Below are positions 61,710 through 64,000 of a stretch of 64,000 nucleotides of DNA, in pieces (positions within the stretch are counted from its first letter, which is position 1; the number at the start of each line of letters is the position of its first letter). The position numbers were made by a program, and so were the translations under genes. Origin of the DNA: Pseudogymnoascus verrucosus (lineage: Eukaryota). The notes beneath the pieces were generated by a model, which worked only from the letters and a program-made list of their open reading frames with translations, made no database searches and was not told the origin of the DNA. The stretch lies in the NCBI GenBank assembly GCA_001662655.1, contig KV460226.1; one strand, written 5' to 3'.

Positions 61710-64000
61710 TTAATATCTCATCCTCTTCCTTACCACAGGACTTTCTGCATCAAAATCAACCCGTATCTTCACATTCACCCCCCTATTCTTCATCTGAAAC
61801 CAACTCTTCTTCTTCTCCTCCAACCAACTCATCTGGTCTGTAATTTTTATTATCCCCTTCGAGTGCTCCACCTCCTGCCTGCTCACTCCCGCTGGATCAG
61901 CCGGAATCCACAGCATCGGATCGTTAATCTTATTCAGCGACGGCTGCAGATACGCCTCCCTAAGCAACTCTGGCGTATAATCTGGATCTGGCAGATCCGT
62001 CGGAATCCTCCCCCGCAACGCATTAAAATCATGAAAAACCTCTGGGTGAAGCCACTTCAGAAGGAAGTTCGGCTTCGGATTTGTACCATCCGGAGAGATC
62101 CAAGCACTCCAAAAATCAATACTCTGAAAGAACGACGACACTGATCCAGCCCTCGCGGAGAACTTCTCTTGCATGGACGCCGACAGAAAGCGAAAGGCTA
62201 CCTTTGAATACCCCTTCGTCCCCTCCACTGCGACTCCACGCGTTCCCAACTCCTCATGCGTCACGGCATTCGGTTCCCCGGGATCGAAATCGGAGTCGTA
62301 TTGGGTCTCCAAATCCTCAACAACTATCGGAGCCTCTTCCTCCTCGAGATCATCGTACAGCCCCTGCACCGAAAGGGATCGCGGTAAATTATACAACAGC
62401 GGCCCTAGCGCATCGTTCAAAGATATCTGAACCAAAAAGGTAAAGATAGCAAGCATAAGCATCATCAGAAGCGGTCCAAAGGCGGCCTGGATGCCGAAAA
62501 GCCCGATGAGACATATCTCGGCGAGATACACACCTGTGAGAATCTGCATCAAGGCATGGGGATACAGCAGCCCACGCGTATCAACTTCCGACGAGTAGAC
62601 GTACAGCAGGTTGTAGTGATACACCTTGTGGACGAAGTAGAAACACATGGCGCCGAATGCGAGTATTATAGGGGCAATGCACGAATAGCTTATTACTGCG
62701 GGGGTTAGCTTTGAAACAACAACAGACGAAAGACTAACCAATTACACCCATATTGGCAAACAATGGAAAGTCGCTCCCCCAATGGATCGTCTTCAGGCGG
62801 TGCCACCTCGTCGACATCATCCTCGGAGTCTTTCCGTTGGCAAACACCGCTCGATGAAGCGAAGGCAGATGCACAACCCTCGTTGCGCTCATAGCCAGGC
62901 CTTGCAGAATGAGGTACGAAACATAAAAGTTGGAGGCTTTGGGGAGACTCTCAGACAGGAGATTTTGAACCGACAGCGGGTTCTCGATTATTTTCGTGAG
63001 AGAGGCTGATATGGCCGCGGTGAGGGTCGTAACGAGGAAGACCTGGACGACTTGGAAGATGAAATATGACTTTAGCACAAACAGTTCGATCATGGACAGC
63101 GAAGGCACGCCAGATTGTCTCGCGACAGCTACAAATATTAGAAAAAACTCAATAGCGGAGATGAGACTAACCTCTCAAAATCATCGGCACAGTAGCCATC
63201 AGCAGTGACAAAGCCACTGCGGGAAGAAGGCCAGTGATAAGGCCAAGAATTGGTTTCGGCAATTTGTTGATCCATCTGAGGAAAATAACCTTGTCTGTCA
63301 GGAAATCAATCTTGGATATCAATGCGACTCCTGCTGCTGGAAGGGACCAAAACACCACCATGACTGCGACCACTGCTGTCGCCATGAAATTCCGCACAAT
63401 CCGTTCCCACCACTTCATGCGCAGAGTCGACCAAACGATTTCCTCTGGTCGGATCCCGTTGATGTGCGGCGTCATGTGGAATGGTCGGTGATGTGGCAAT
63501 GTCTGATACGCGCTCTGGGCATTTACGAGGGTATCAAACTCGATAAAGGCAGCAGGCATACGTCTGGCATCCCCATTGCGATGCTTTCGTCGCAATTTAT
63601 ATATCCTAGGCGCCAGCGCTTTCAGCCTGTTCCGCGTCCATTTGATCGTGTCGACTCGGCGCCCATAGTTTGCCAATGGGCGATGGTGTGGTCGCCAGTG
63701 GACGGGTATCCATTGTGCTGCAACGGACCCCCTGACATTAGGAATGCCGCGCTGGATTCCCCATTTCAACTCTGGCCATTCGGCGTTGGGTGTGTCCAGG
63801 TTTGGGGTTTGGCTTTGGGTTATGGTGATGGAGGATGTCTCGTTCTTTGAGTCTTTGGTATTGCTCTTCACCATAGTTGCTTCGTCTGTTGAGGCTGATG
63901 AAGGCGACACAAGAGTTGCTCCGGTGAAATCTGAGGCAGGCGATACTATAGTTGCATCTGTGAAGCCTGAAGGAGACGCCAGAGTTGCATCTGTAAGGCC
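61710..64000 (-). CDS. OSCA/TMEM63 (CSC1/PHM7/DUF221) membrane channel, 5' end outside the window
   Basis: RVDTIKW, AAFIEF, PEEIVW, YFIFQVVQVFLVTTL, LPKASNFYVSY, YSCIAP and DTRGLLYPHAL. Introns near 63128-63170 and 62700-62740. Confidence 0.9.

Noticed and set aside
1..64000. Starship captain, reverse transcriptase, tRNA or rRNA genes
   Set aside because: No recognisable motifs were found by eye. A degenerate copy cannot be excluded without HMM or covariance searches.

Overview
Filamentous ascomycete genomic DNA, judged from short GT-AG introns with CTAAC branch points and RIP-like C>T/G>A decay. 0-23 kb: three MFS sugar porters plus GH30 endo-beta-1,6-galactanase, GH43/CBM35 exo-beta-1,3-galactanase and GH95 fucosidase. 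Together they look like an arabinogalactan-II utilisation cluster, interleaved with gene debris (split Ric8, kinase, DUF3505-like). 23-38 kb: a MAPK pseudogene broken by a solo LTR, an AT-rich nest of RIPped DNA transposons (outer TIR element, Fot1/pogo, hAT), and GH79 and ferric reductase pseudogenes. 38.7-39.5 kb: an intact GH134 mannanase. 40-53 kb: a GC-rich, apparently intronless module of three unrecognised genes (coiled-coil/Cys-motif protein, GIY-YIG-like protein, novel-domain protein). It has an internally deleted copy at 33-34 kb and a paralog at 50-52 kb, and is a candidate undescribed mobile or selfish element. 55-64 kb: core-like genes, namely an opsin-related protein, a three-gene protocatechuate/beta-ketoadipate cluster and an OSCA/TMEM63 channel. 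Family calls come from remembered motifs, not database searches, and some coordinates are approximate.
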